Of a stretch of 41,639 nucleotides of DNA, positions 8,379 through 17,354 are shown one piece after another. Origin of the DNA: Gemmatimonadales bacterium (GTDB lineage: Bacteria; Gemmatimonadota; Gemmatimonadetes; Gemmatimonadales; GWC2-71-9); contig JBBSPX010000002.1 in the NCBI GenBank assembly GCA_038258395.1, forward strand, positions 1-41,639. The letters run 5' to 3'. The translations under genes and the position numbers were made by a program. The notes beneath the pieces were generated by a model that was not told the origin of the DNA, made no database searches, and saw only the letters and a list, made by a program, of their open reading frames with translations. Every line of letters begins with the position of its first letter. Position 1 is the stretch's first letter.

Positions 8379-9875
8379 ATGAGCCGAATCCAACTCATCC
8401 CACCAGCAGCGTCCTTGATGGGATCGATGCGCGGTGTGGGCTACGACGCCAAAACTGCAGTCGCAGATCTCATTGACAATTCGATCTCAGCCGATGCGCG
8501 AATTGTTTGGCTCAGCTTCAACTGGGCCGGGGCAGGTTCCACGGTTGGTATCCTTGATGACGGGCACGGCATGAGTCCCGAGGAGCTCGAGAGGGCGATG
8601 ACCCTCGGGAGTTCTCACCCGAAGAAGAAGCGGGATGCTGGTGATCTTGGGCGCTTTGGATTGGGTCTCAAGACTGCGTCTCTATCTCAGTGCAAACGCT
8701 TCATGGTCGCAACCAAGAGAGAGGGGCAGCCGATCGTCCTGATGGTTTGGGACTTGGATGTAGTCGAAGCGACCAACGATTGGGTCGTCGAGTCGACCTG
8801 CAGAGAAGCAGAGCGCAGTGCGCTTGAGCGCCTTGAGGGGCTGCATCACGGCACCTTGGTGCTTTGGAGCAATTTGGATCGGTTGCTAGGTGAAGAACTG
8901 ACTGAAGACGCGGGGTTGGTGCGAGACTTTCAGCGCATTGCAAGTGAGGTGGAGACACATCTGGAGATGACTTTCCATCGCTTCCTTGAGGGGCCGTCCC
9001 CAAGTCTCCGACTGTATATCAACGGAACTGACGACGAGTTTCGCGTCAAATCCTGGGATCCGTTCTATCAGCGCAATCCCGCTACTCAGCAGCTCCCGAC
9101 CGCAAGACGGGGCACACGCGGAGGGCAGATCGAGCTCCAAGGGTATGTGTTACCACACAAGGATCGGGTCCCTTCGAGCGAAGCAGAAATGGCGTCCGGA
9201 CCGAACGGGTGGATCGGGCAACAAGGATTCTATGTCTATCGGAACCGACGCCTCTTAGTGGCTGGTTCGTGGCTGGGGCTCGGGCGCCCTCGGCGGTGGG
9301 GCCGTGACGAGCAACACAAGCTTGCGAGGATCCGTCTCGATTTACCCAATTCAATGGACGCTACGTGGGCGCTCAACATCACAAAATCCACGGCAAAGCC
9401 CCCTCCCGCGCTCCGCGAATGGCTCACACGGATGGCGGAACAAGTCAGAGACCCCGCCCGCGAGGTTTTTGTTCACCGGGGACAACGGGCCACTCCTGGC
9501 CCGAAGGCCACCTACCACCCGCTCTGGTTGGCAGGTAGCGGCATGGCGCCGGTCTACTACATCAATCGGGACCATCCAACCGTGAAGGCGTTCATTGACG
9601 GAAGCGGTACCATTGGGATTCGTGCCCTATTGACGTTGTTGGAGTCTACTGTGCCGGTCCATCGGATCTGGCTCGACGTCTCCGACAAGCCCGAGGCTCC
9701 TCGCCCAGCCTCGACACAAGTAGCGGAAAAGGACATTCTCGCCCTTGCGCGAGACTTGGTGCGAAGCCTGATGGGTCAGGCAACGATCTCGCGAGAGCGC
9801 GCGGTGGCACAACTTCGGTCGATTGAGCCGTTTGACCAGTTTCCCCATATCCTCGCCGAGTTGGAGTCAGAATGA
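8379..9875 (+). CDS. GHKL-superfamily (HATPase_c_3, MutL/MORC-like) ATPase; first gene of the four-gene cassette
   Basis: ATG at 8379 sits about 10 nt after GGGAGGG. Bergerat-fold motifs are present: ADLIDNSISAD (N box), LDDGHGM (G1) and GRFGLGLKTAS (G2). Confidence 0.9.
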   Translation: MSRIQLIPPAASLMGSMRGVGYDAKTAVADLIDNSISADARIVWLSFNWAGAGSTVGILDDGHGMSPEELERAMTLGSSHPKKKRDAGDLGRFGLGLKTASLSQCKRFMVATKREGQPIVLMVWDLDVVEATNDWVVESTCREAERSALERLEGLHHGTLVLWSNLDRLLGEELTEDAGLVRDFQRIASEVETHLEMTFHRFLEGPSPSLRLYINGTDDEFRVKSWDPFYQRNPATQQLPTARRGTRGGQIELQGYVLPHKDRVPSSEAEMASGPNGWIGQQGFYVYRNRRLLVAGSWLGLGRPRRWGRDEQHKLARIRLDLPNSMDATWALNITKSTAKPPPALREWLTRMAEQVRDPAREVFVHRGQRATPGPKATYHPLWLAGSGMAPVYYINRDHPTVKAFIDGSGTIGIRALLTLLESTVPVHRIWLDVSDKPEAPRPASTQVAEKDILALARDLVRSLMGQATISRERAVAQLRSIEPFDQFPHILAELESE

Positions 9876-12682
9876 GATTGAGCCCAGAAGCGTTCCCCCT
9901 CCTCAACGTCGTCCGCATCTTCCTTTCCGGGGAGGCACGCGACGGAACTCTTCTCGACCGTCAGCACATCACCCAGACGGTAGAACGATTTGCTCCGATC
10001 GCCGGTCCCGGGCTGGATGCCCGCGACCTCGATGTGGTGATCAGTGAGCTGGAGAAGAGCTTCAATGTGTGGTCCGGTCGAGCTGGGGCTTTGCTGGGGA
10101 ATGATCCGGGCTATCAAGCTTGGTTGCCGGGCCGCAAGAGCGACGTGGATTGGCGGTTTTGGAATCGATACCGCCTGTTCATAGCCGGGAAGTTCCCACC
10201 ACGAGTTGTGGAGGAAATGGACAGCGTCACCGACGAGGTACTCGGCTATCTCGAAAATCCCGATCGAGTTGGAGCATGGCGCCGACATGGCTTGGTTGTC
10301 GGCCACGTCCAATCAGGGAAGACCGCGAATTATACTGGACTGATCTGCAAGGCAGCCGATGCGGGATATAAAGTCATCGTCGTACTGGCAGGAATTCACA
10401 ACAGTCTACGCTCCCAGACACAAATCCGACTAGACGAGGGCTTTCTCGGATATGCTCGGCCGTTTGACGGGAGCACAGCGCACGGAACGCCTGTCGGTGT
10501 TGGGCTCATCGATCCCAGTGTGATTGCGGATACGGTGACCACACGTGACGACCGGGGAGACTTCAGCGCACCCAAAGCACAGGGGTTCCAGATTCACGCC
10601 GGAGGGAACGTACTCTTGTTCGTCGTGAAGAAGAACGCTTCCGTGCTCAAGAATCTCCTCACGTGGGCTGAACTCAACGCGAAAACGACGACAGCGTCCG
10701 GTAGAAGGGTTGTCTCAGACGTTCCCCTGCTCGTAATCGATGATGAGGCAGATCAGGCTTCGATTGACACCAATCACCAAGTGTTTGACGAACACGGGTG
10801 CCCCGATCCTGACCATGACCCCAAGCCTATCAACAAGCTCATCCGCAGTGTTCTGCAACGATTCGAAAAGGCTGCATACATCGGGTACACGGCAACTCCG
10901 TTTGCGAACGTATTCATTCACCATCGCGGTGAGACCGACAAGCTCGGGCCCGATCTGTTTCCAAAACACTTCATTGTCAACCTCGCTGCTTCGACAGACT
11001 ATTTCGGGCCCGCCAAGGTGTTCGGCTTTGCAGAATCGATGTTGCCAACCCATGGAACTGTCCCGAGTCGCCTCCGATTCATCTCGGATGCGGAAGAGTG
11101 GTCACCACCATCCCACAAGAGCAGCTTGGTGCCGCGCTATAGGGGCAAGGACGGACTGCCACCATCCCTGCAGAAGGCGATCAGATCATTCATCCTCTCC
11201 TCTGCCGCTCGCCGGGCGCGCGGTCAAGAGCGAACTCACAAGTCGATGCTGGTCCACGTCACGCGATTCACGGATGTTCAGCGAATCGTGCATCGCCAAG
11301 TGCACAGATTTGTCGAGGAATTGCGCAATAGGTGGCGGAGCCGGTCGACGACCGCCGGAGAGACTGTGTTGGAGGACTTCCGGACTATGTGGCAACATGA
11401 TTTTGTCGCGACCTCACGTGCTCACGGCGGAAATGTGCCAAGCTGGGATCTTGTCGAACCCCACATTTGGCCGATTCTTGAAGTGGTAAAAGTGAACTTG
11501 ATCAATGCGAAAGCCAGCGATGCGCTGATCTACCAGGAGCACTCCAGGGATGGACTGCACGTCATCGCCATCGGCGGCGACAAGTTGTCGCGGGGCTTGA
11601 CGCTCGAAGGGCTAAGTGTCAGTTTTTTCCTACGTGCTTCACGCATGTATGACACCCTGATGCAAATGGGGCGGTGGTTCGGTTACCGCCCTGGGTACGA
11701 AGACCTCTGTCGCCTCTACCTCTCCGAAGAGCTCTCAAACTGGTACACCCACATCGTGGAGGCGTCCGAGGAATTGCGTGCAGAATTCGATCGGATGGTC
11801 CTCGAAAATGGCACACCGGAGGATTACGGATTTCGTGTTCGTACCCATCCCGTGTTGGCAATAACTGGGAAACTCCGCCCAGGGCTCAGGGAGATCACAA
11901 CGTCGCTGAGTGCAACCCCATTCGAGCCGACAATTCTCCGCGAGGACCGGGTGCTCGAAAACTGGGACTCCACCCTCGCCTTTCTGGGTTCCATCAGCGC
12001 AGCGCCGACGGTAGGTTTCCAGGCTGACGATTCAGGGGCAGAGGAACGGCGAGGTTCATGGCCTGGATCGGTCCTCTGGAGGGATGTCCCTGGGAGCCGC
12101 GTACTTGAATTCCTGAGGCGCTACAGCTTTGCGGACCAAGATCTCACTCGAACGCCATCGAGCGTTGTCCGAGACTACATCACTCAACGGATCGGTGAAG
12201 GTGAACTGACAGCATGGACTGTTGTACTCCTCGGCAAGCTCGACCCAGATGACAAGAACCCGTCAGTGCCGTACGGTATTGACGCCGTGCCGGACGGATT
12301 CCAGACTCTCTTTCGGAAGTACCACGGTACGATGCGAGCCGACCGGTACGTTGTGAAGCGAACTGGCAGCCCGAAGGACGAGGCCATCGACCTGACTCCT
12401 ACGGAATGGAAGCAAGTGGTTGAGCAGCGGAGTCGACTGTCCAAGTCCGTGGACGACGCCAAAGAGTACCGACTTGGCCGTCTTATTCGCCAAGCCCGCC
12501 CCGCGAGCCGTGCTCTCCTCATCCTCTATGCTCTGACGCCGTCGGAGAAGAAGCTGCCGAATGGGGTGGCAGTGCCAATGATCGCGCCATACATCAGTTT
12601 CCCGTATTCGAAAGCGGCATCCCCTATTACCTACAAACTGACAGCTCTTTACTGGGAGCAAGAATTGAGTGGGTCGGAATGA
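9872..12682 (+). CDS. Z1-domain protein (SF2 helicase-like ATPase)
   Basis: ATGA overlap with the upstream gene (9872-9875). It has Walker A GHVQSGKTANY, a DEAD-like box LLVIDDEADQAS, and the Z1 signature GGDKLSRGLTLEGLSVSFFLRASRMYDTLMQMGRWFGYRPGYEDLCRLY. Confidence 0.9.
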   Translation: MRLSPEAFPLLNVVRIFLSGEARDGTLLDRQHITQTVERFAPIAGPGLDARDLDVVISELEKSFNVWSGRAGALLGNDPGYQAWLPGRKSDVDWRFWNRYRLFIAGKFPPRVVEEMDSVTDEVLGYLENPDRVGAWRRHGLVVGHVQSGKTANYTGLICKAADAGYKVIVVLAGIHNSLRSQTQIRLDEGFLGYARPFDGSTAHGTPVGVGLIDPSVIADTVTTRDDRGDFSAPKAQGFQIHAGGNVLLFVVKKNASVLKNLLTWAELNAKTTTASGRRVVSDVPLLVIDDEADQASIDTNHQVFDEHGCPDPDHDPKPINKLIRSVLQRFEKAAYIGYTATPFANVFIHHRGETDKLGPDLFPKHFIVNLAASTDYFGPAKVFGFAESMLPTHGTVPSRLRFISDAEEWSPPSHKSSLVPRYRGKDGLPPSLQKAIRSFILSSAARRARGQERTHKSMLVHVTRFTDVQRIVHRQVHRFVEELRNRWRSRSTTAGETVLEDFRTMWQHDFVATSRAHGGNVPSWDLVEPHIWPILEVVKVNLINAKASDALIYQEHSRDGLHVIAIGGDKLSRGLTLEGLSVSFFLRASRMYDTLMQMGRWFGYRPGYEDLCRLYLSEELSNWYTHIVEASEELRAEFDRMVLENGTPEDYGFRVRTHPVLAITGKLRPGLREITTSLSATPFEPTILREDRVLENWDSTLAFLGSISAAPTVGFQADDSGAEERRGSWPGSVLWRDVPGSRVLEFLRRYSFADQDLTRTPSSVVRDYITQRIGEGELTAWTVVLLGKLDPDDKNPSVPYGIDAVPDGFQTLFRKYHGTMRADRYVVKRTGSPKDEAIDLTPTEWKQVVEQRSRLSKSVDDAKEYRLGRLIRQARPASRALLILYALTPSEKKLPNGVAVPMIAPYISFPYSKAASPITYKLTALYWEQELSGSE

Positions 12683-13674
12683 CGGAGGCTACTGAGGTCT
12701 TCCGCGAACTCCTTTCCTCGATGCCGGATGCTGCTGGGCGTGGCTACCGTGCCTTTGGTGGGCCGGACGGGATGACGGCTGTGGCGTTCATTGACGGAGC
12801 GACCAAGCGGCCCGGCCTTGAACTCAAGTTCCGTACGAAGTCCATACCTCGAGATTTTCAGATCCCCCTGATGCGCGGGGCGCTGGTCTCCCGCAGCCTC
12901 CAACCGTCGGGGGCAGATGCGGTCACAAGCTTCGAGATTATGGCCGCAGGAAGCGAGCACGCCGAAGTCTTTACCGAATTGGCAAGCCGACTGATCGCGG
13001 ACTGCTGTGCGGCCCAATCGTCCGGCGTGGCGCTACAGACAGTTTCGCGTCGATTGTCAGCATGGGTGCGATTCTTCAGTACTCGGGGGCCGGACGGCTT
13101 GTCGCGTACTGCAGAGCTGGGTCTCGTGGGTGAATTGCTTTGCCTCAAGGCGATAGCTCCCCACACGGGCCTCCCCGCTGCGGTGCTCGCGTGGCAGGGG
13201 CCCAGTGGTGGCCCACATGATTTTGTTCTTCACGGCGGTGGAGTGGAAGCGAAGTTGACTACATCAAGTGCCCCGGAGGTCATTCACATCTCTTCGGTCC
13301 GCCAACTTGATGAGTCCGTCTTGGACTTCTTGCTGCTCTTCGTTGTATTGGCCCAAGAGGTGCCTGAAGGCGTCTCGCTATCCAGACTTGTTGCGGAACT
13401 CCGCCAAGAGCTATCGGGGCGGGATCCAGCCGCGCGAAGTCACTTCGAGGATCAGCTCGTGTCGGCTGGCTGCACGGACAGCGACCTCCAGAAGGCATGT
13501 CGTGCGCTGCACTTCCACCGCCAAGAGTTCCTCCGCGTTGGTGGCGATTTTCCGCGAATTCTTCCGGGCGAAATTCGCACGGGCGTCGGGTCCGTTCGCT
13601 ATGACATTAGCTGGGGGGTCATTGCCCCCTATCGACTGGAAGGTGACCAATTGGAGACTCTTCTCAATGGATGA
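12679..13674 (+). CDS. PD-(D/E)XK motif protein (predicted restriction-endonuclease-fold nuclease)
   Basis: ATGA overlap with the Z1 gene (12679-12682). The candidate nuclease core is GGPHDFVLHGGGVEAKLTT (D ... E-x-K). Confidence 0.75.
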   Translation: MTEATEVFRELLSSMPDAAGRGYRAFGGPDGMTAVAFIDGATKRPGLELKFRTKSIPRDFQIPLMRGALVSRSLQPSGADAVTSFEIMAAGSEHAEVFTELASRLIADCCAAQSSGVALQTVSRRLSAWVRFFSTRGPDGLSRTAELGLVGELLCLKAIAPHTGLPAAVLAWQGPSGGPHDFVLHGGGVEAKLTTSSAPEVIHISSVRQLDESVLDFLLLFVVLAQEVPEGVSLSRLVAELRQELSGRDPAARSHFEDQLVSAGCTDSDLQKACRALHFHRQEFLRVGGDFPRILPGEIRTGVGSVRYDISWGVIAPYRLEGDQLETLLNG

Positions 13675-15745
13675 TTCCGTTGCCGCATGCCGAGACTTTG
13701 CCGAACAGCTGAACACGGAAGTTCGTGAGCGGGCAGCCTTGGGGGAGCCCTATTCCACGGAACTCGAATGCTTCGCGAGCAACGTCCTGACGCTGTTCGA
13801 AGAGGCAGGCGTTGTGGAGGATCCTGAGGTGTGCGTGCGTGGCGGGACACTTGGACGGGCCAAGTGGGAAATCGCAGGATGGGCCTTCCCGCCTTCGGAG
13901 GAGGAAGATCTCTCCCAATTGTCAGTGCTCGCCGTGCTCTTCCATGACGACCCCGAGATGCCGCCAGCATCTGGTGCGGAGCTCCGGCGACGGGGAGAGC
14001 TCGGGGTTCACTTCATCCGTGAAATGCTGGCCGGCCGAGCGGACGAGCTGGAGCCTGCGGCCGATGCCGCAGCTCTTGGTCGCATTATCCATGAACGACG
14101 GCACGCTCTGACACGTGTGCAGATTCATCTTGCTACCGACGGAATGACTCAGAGGCTTCGCGAAATTGAACCGGTGGATATCGATGGCGTTCAGGTCACC
14201 TGCAGCATCTGGGATATTGAGCGGCTGAGCCGGCTTGGTGATGCCTGGCAGGAAGATATCGAAATTGATGTTCCTTCCATGCTCGATGGGCAGGGGTTGC
14301 CGTGTTTGCGCGTGCCGGAAGAGGACCCCCACTACGACGCGTACCTGTGCGTTGTACCTGGGGTCTTGCTGTACAAGGCCTATGAGCAGTATGGGCAGCG
14401 GCTCTTGGAGCTGAACGTCAGGTCCTTCTTGTCAGGTACAAATAAGGTCAACAAGGGGATCCGTGAGACAATCCGAACCACTCCAGAACGATTCTTCCCC
14501 TACAATAATGGACTTGCTTTGACGGCCCGGAGCGTCGAGCTGCGGCAGACTGCCACAGGCCACTCAGAAATCACCCGGATCGTCGGGTTGCAGGTTGTCA
14601 ACGGCGGCCAAACCACCGTCTCTATCCATCGGGCGTGGAAGCTGGACAAGATGGAGGCGAATGTCAGGCAAGTCTTTGTACAGGGCAAGTTGACCGTCAT
14701 TACCACGGCCGAGGGTGATGGTGAAGGATTTGTGGAGATGGTTCGGAGCATCTCAAAGTTCGCCAACAGCCAGAGCGCTGTGCGGGCAGACGACCTAGAG
14801 GCCAACCAACCTTGGCATATTCTGTTCGAGAAGTTGTCTCGGGCTGTATGGACCCCAGACGCTCAGTCACACTGGTTCTACGAGCGGGCCCGGGGATCCT
14901 ATTCAGTTGCCAAGGCAAAGGATGCAACAACACACGCTCAGAAGGCTGCCTTCGACAGGTTGTGGCCGCGGAGACAACTCATTACGAAAGTAGATCTCGC
15001 CAAAGCGGTAAATGCATGGAATCAGCAGCCACAAACGGTCAGCCTAGGTAGCCAGAAGAACTTCAAGGCGTTTATGCACCAGCTTGGAACCCAGGTGCAC
15101 ACACCAAGGCTGGATGAGGACCTGTTCAAGCACATCATCGGACAGGTGATCGTCCTTCGCGAAGCAACAAAGTTGGTGCGCGACTTGAAGAACAGCATCC
15201 CGGCCTTCCGTGCGAACGTAGTCGCCTATTTGGTCAGCTATTTGTCGTTCCGGCTTCCGAATGGGCTCGATTTCAAGCGTATTTGGGAGCAACAGGAAAT
15301 GCCGTCGGCGGTCCGCGACACACTGAGCGCCTGGGCAGAGCCAATCTACGATACGATGGTTGTGTCTGCCGGGGGGCGCAATCTGTCGGAGTGGTCGAAG
15401 AAGGACGGGTGCTGGGAGGCGGTGAAGCACCTCGATCTCAGCCCAACGAGCGACCTCGACCGGCACGCCGCCACCGATGGAACGGGAAAGGCAGTCGGCT
15501 TGGTAGATGCGGCTGAGGCGGGGGAGATCTCCGAGTGCACCTCACTGACACTCGAAGAGTGGGACAGTCTGCTAAAGTGGGGCCATGAAGCTGAAAACTT
15601 GCACTGGAAAGTTCAGGGGATCATCAACACACTGCGTTCCTACGCTCTCCAAGGATGGAAGAAGCCACCGAGTGTCAAGCAGGCACGCAGCGCAGCAAAG
15701 GCGATTCGGAGCTGGAAGGAGGATGTCGGAACGGGCTCGCCCTAG
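13667..15745 (+). CDS. AIPR (abortive-infection phage-resistance) family protein
   Basis: Start reset to MDDSVAAC (ATG at 13667), an 8-nt overlap (ATGGATGA) with the upstream stop. AIPR-type signatures FFPYNNGLALTA and GLQVVNGGQTTVSIHRA are present. Confidence 0.85.
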   Translation: MDDSVAACRDFAEQLNTEVRERAALGEPYSTELECFASNVLTLFEEAGVVEDPEVCVRGGTLGRAKWEIAGWAFPPSEEEDLSQLSVLAVLFHDDPEMPPASGAELRRRGELGVHFIREMLAGRADELEPAADAAALGRIIHERRHALTRVQIHLATDGMTQRLREIEPVDIDGVQVTCSIWDIERLSRLGDAWQEDIEIDVPSMLDGQGLPCLRVPEEDPHYDAYLCVVPGVLLYKAYEQYGQRLLELNVRSFLSGTNKVNKGIRETIRTTPERFFPYNNGLALTARSVELRQTATGHSEITRIVGLQVVNGGQTTVSIHRAWKLDKMEANVRQVFVQGKLTVITTAEGDGEGFVEMVRSISKFANSQSAVRADDLEANQPWHILFEKLSRAVWTPDAQSHWFYERARGSYSVAKAKDATTHAQKAAFDRLWPRRQLITKVDLAKAVNAWNQQPQTVSLGSQKNFKAFMHQLGTQVHTPRLDEDLFKHIIGQVIVLREATKLVRDLKNSIPAFRANVVAYLVSYLSFRLPNGLDFKRIWEQQEMPSAVRDTLSAWAEPIYDTMVVSAGGRNLSEWSKKDGCWEAVKHLDLSPTSDLDRHAATDGTGKAVGLVDAAEAGEISECTSLTLEEWDSLLKWGHEAENLHWKVQGIINTLRSYALQGWKKPPSVKQARSAAKAIRSWKEDVGTGSP

Positions 15746-15766
15746 TGTAGCAAATCCCTCCTGTAT

Positions 15767-16010
15767 ATGGCCGCCGAGATGAGACTGCACTGCACCACGA
15801 TCGCCCGCATCAGGCCAGCACACGGCCTGCAACCGCATCGTGTCACGTCCTTCACGCTCTCGCGCGACCCCCACTTCGTCGCCAAGCTGGGTGATGTCGT
15901 CGGCTTGTACGTCAATCCAGCAGCGCGGGTGGTGATCCTTTCGTTCGAAGAGAAAAGCCAGATCCAAGCGCTTGATCAGACCCCGGCGGGCCTCCCGCTC
16001 GAGCGCGGCA
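15767..16010 (+). pseudogene. IS630-family transposase fragment (N-terminal/linker part only, no DDE domain)
   Basis: The translation TIARIRPAHGLQPHRVTSFTLSRDPHFVAKLGDVVGLYVNPAARVVILSFEEKSQIQALDQTPAGLPLERGK matches the conserved IS630 region (...HGLKPHR..TFKLS.DP.F..K..DVVGLY..PP......DEKSQIQALDRTQP.LP...G). Similarity stops around 16010 and no catalytic domain follows. Confidence 0.7.
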
Positions 16011-16065
16011 AGTGGGCAGCATCAGCGTCACACGCGGCAAAGGTAGCTTGCGCCCCACCTCTTCC

Positions 16066-16078
16066 TGACTTAAAGTCA
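16066..16078. promoter_or_regulatory. 13-bp palindrome TGACTTAAAGTCA immediately upstream of the HTH-methyltransferase start (candidate autoregulatory operator)
   Basis: Perfect 6-bp arms around a central A, ending 5 nt before ATG 16084. Its function is inferred from the HTH fusion only. Confidence 0.3.
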
Positions 16079-16083
16079 TCCAT

Positions 16084-17352
16084 ATGTCCCTCCGAACAGA
16101 AGCCGAAATCACCCCAGCAGCTCGCCTTCGGGCCTTGCGCGTCGATCTCGGGCTCACTCAAGCCCAAGCCGCGGAACTTGTCGACTATTCCGAACGCCAG
16201 ATTGCACGCTGGGAATCGGGGGAGGCACCAGTTCGTTCCGTCGTGCTGACAGCCTTGGAGTCGCATCGTGACCGAACTCGGGACGAGGAATCGAACTTCA
16301 CCTTCATCGACCTCTTCGCCGGGATCGGCGGATTTCACCTCGGCTTCAAGAGTGCGGGCGGACGCTGTGTTTTTACCTCCGAGTGGGACAAGTTCTCGAC
16401 GATAACGTACAAGCGTAATTTTCCTGGACACCGCATCCACGGAGACATCCGTACCGTCGAGGCGACCGACATCCCGGACCACGATGTGCTTCTTGCAGGC
16501 TTCCCGTGCCAGCCGTTCAGCATAGCCGGTGTGTCCAAGAAGAACTCACTTGGTCGGAAGCATGGCTTCGAGTGCGACACACAAGGCACCCTCTTCTTTG
16601 ACATCGAACGCATCATCGCGGAGAAGCAACCTCGCGCGTTCGTGCTCGAGAACGTGAAGAACCTGATGTCTCACGACCGAGGCAATACATTCGCGGTGAT
16701 CGTTCACACCCTCCGTGAGAAGCTCGGTTACAAGCTCTCGTGGCAAGTCCTCGACGCCCAGCACTGGGTGCCCCAACATCGGGAACGAGTCTTCCTGGTC
16801 GGCTTGCATCCTGATCTCGGAGCGAAGTTCGATTTCGACGAAGTCATCATCCCGGACGAAGGGCCCTTGCTCAGGAGCATCCTCCATCCGACCGACGGAT
16901 CTGGTCCGGTTGAAGAGCCTTATACCGACAAGGCCGGAAGACCGAACAAGAAGTACGTCCTTTCCGATCACCTCTGGGGCTATCTCCAGGACTATGCATC
17001 GAAACACAAGGCGAAAGGCAACGGATTCGGGTTCGGCATGGTCACGGCGCAGGGAGTCTCACGGACCCTTTCCGCACGATATCACAAGGACGGTTCGGAG
17101 ATCCTGATCAACCGTGGGCGAGGCAACCCCAGGCGCCTGACCCCTCGCGAATGCGCACGCCTGATGGGATTCGATCGGACGGGGTACGAACCCTTCAAGA
17201 TCGAAGTCTCCGACACGCAGGCGTACCGCCAGTTCGGCAATGCCGTTGCTGTCCCGGTGGTGTCGGCCGTCGCCAAGGCACTCGCGCCCTACCTTCGTGG
17301 TGAACGGACCGGCCATGGTATCGAGGCGGCGATGGAGCTCGAGCTCGTCTGA
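16084..17352 (+). CDS. dcm: DNA (cytosine-5)-methyltransferase with N-terminal XRE-type HTH domain
   Basis: The HTH is LRALRVDLGLTQAQAAELVDYSERQIARWESG. C5-MTase motifs are all present: I DLFAGIGGFHLG, IV GFPCQPFS, VI ENVKNL, VIII QHRERVFLVG, X QFGNAVAVPVV. Confidence 0.95.
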   Translation: MSLRTEAEITPAARLRALRVDLGLTQAQAAELVDYSERQIARWESGEAPVRSVVLTALESHRDRTRDEESNFTFIDLFAGIGGFHLGFKSAGGRCVFTSEWDKFSTITYKRNFPGHRIHGDIRTVEATDIPDHDVLLAGFPCQPFSIAGVSKKNSLGRKHGFECDTQGTLFFDIERIIAEKQPRAFVLENVKNLMSHDRGNTFAVIVHTLREKLGYKLSWQVLDAQHWVPQHRERVFLVGLHPDLGAKFDFDEVIIPDEGPLLRSILHPTDGSGPVEEPYTDKAGRPNKKYVLSDHLWGYLQDYASKHKAKGNGFGFGMVTAQGVSRTLSARYHKDGSEILINRGRGNPRRLTPRECARLMGFDRTGYEPFKIEVSDTQAYRQFGNAVAVPVVSAVAKALAPYLRGERTGHGIEAAMELELV

Positions 17353-17354
17353 CG

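Noticed and set aside
13268-13666. Upstream extension of the AIPR ORF (ORF-track start 13268)
   Set aside because: It lies entirely inside the PD-(D/E)XK gene in another frame. ATG 13667 gives the typical short overlap seen at the other junctions of the operon.
15767-16249. 160-aa ORF as an intact gene between AIPR and dcm
   Set aside because: Only the first 80 or so codons resemble an IS630 transposase. The rest overlaps the dcm start in another frame and has no similarity, so I treat it as a transposase fragment.
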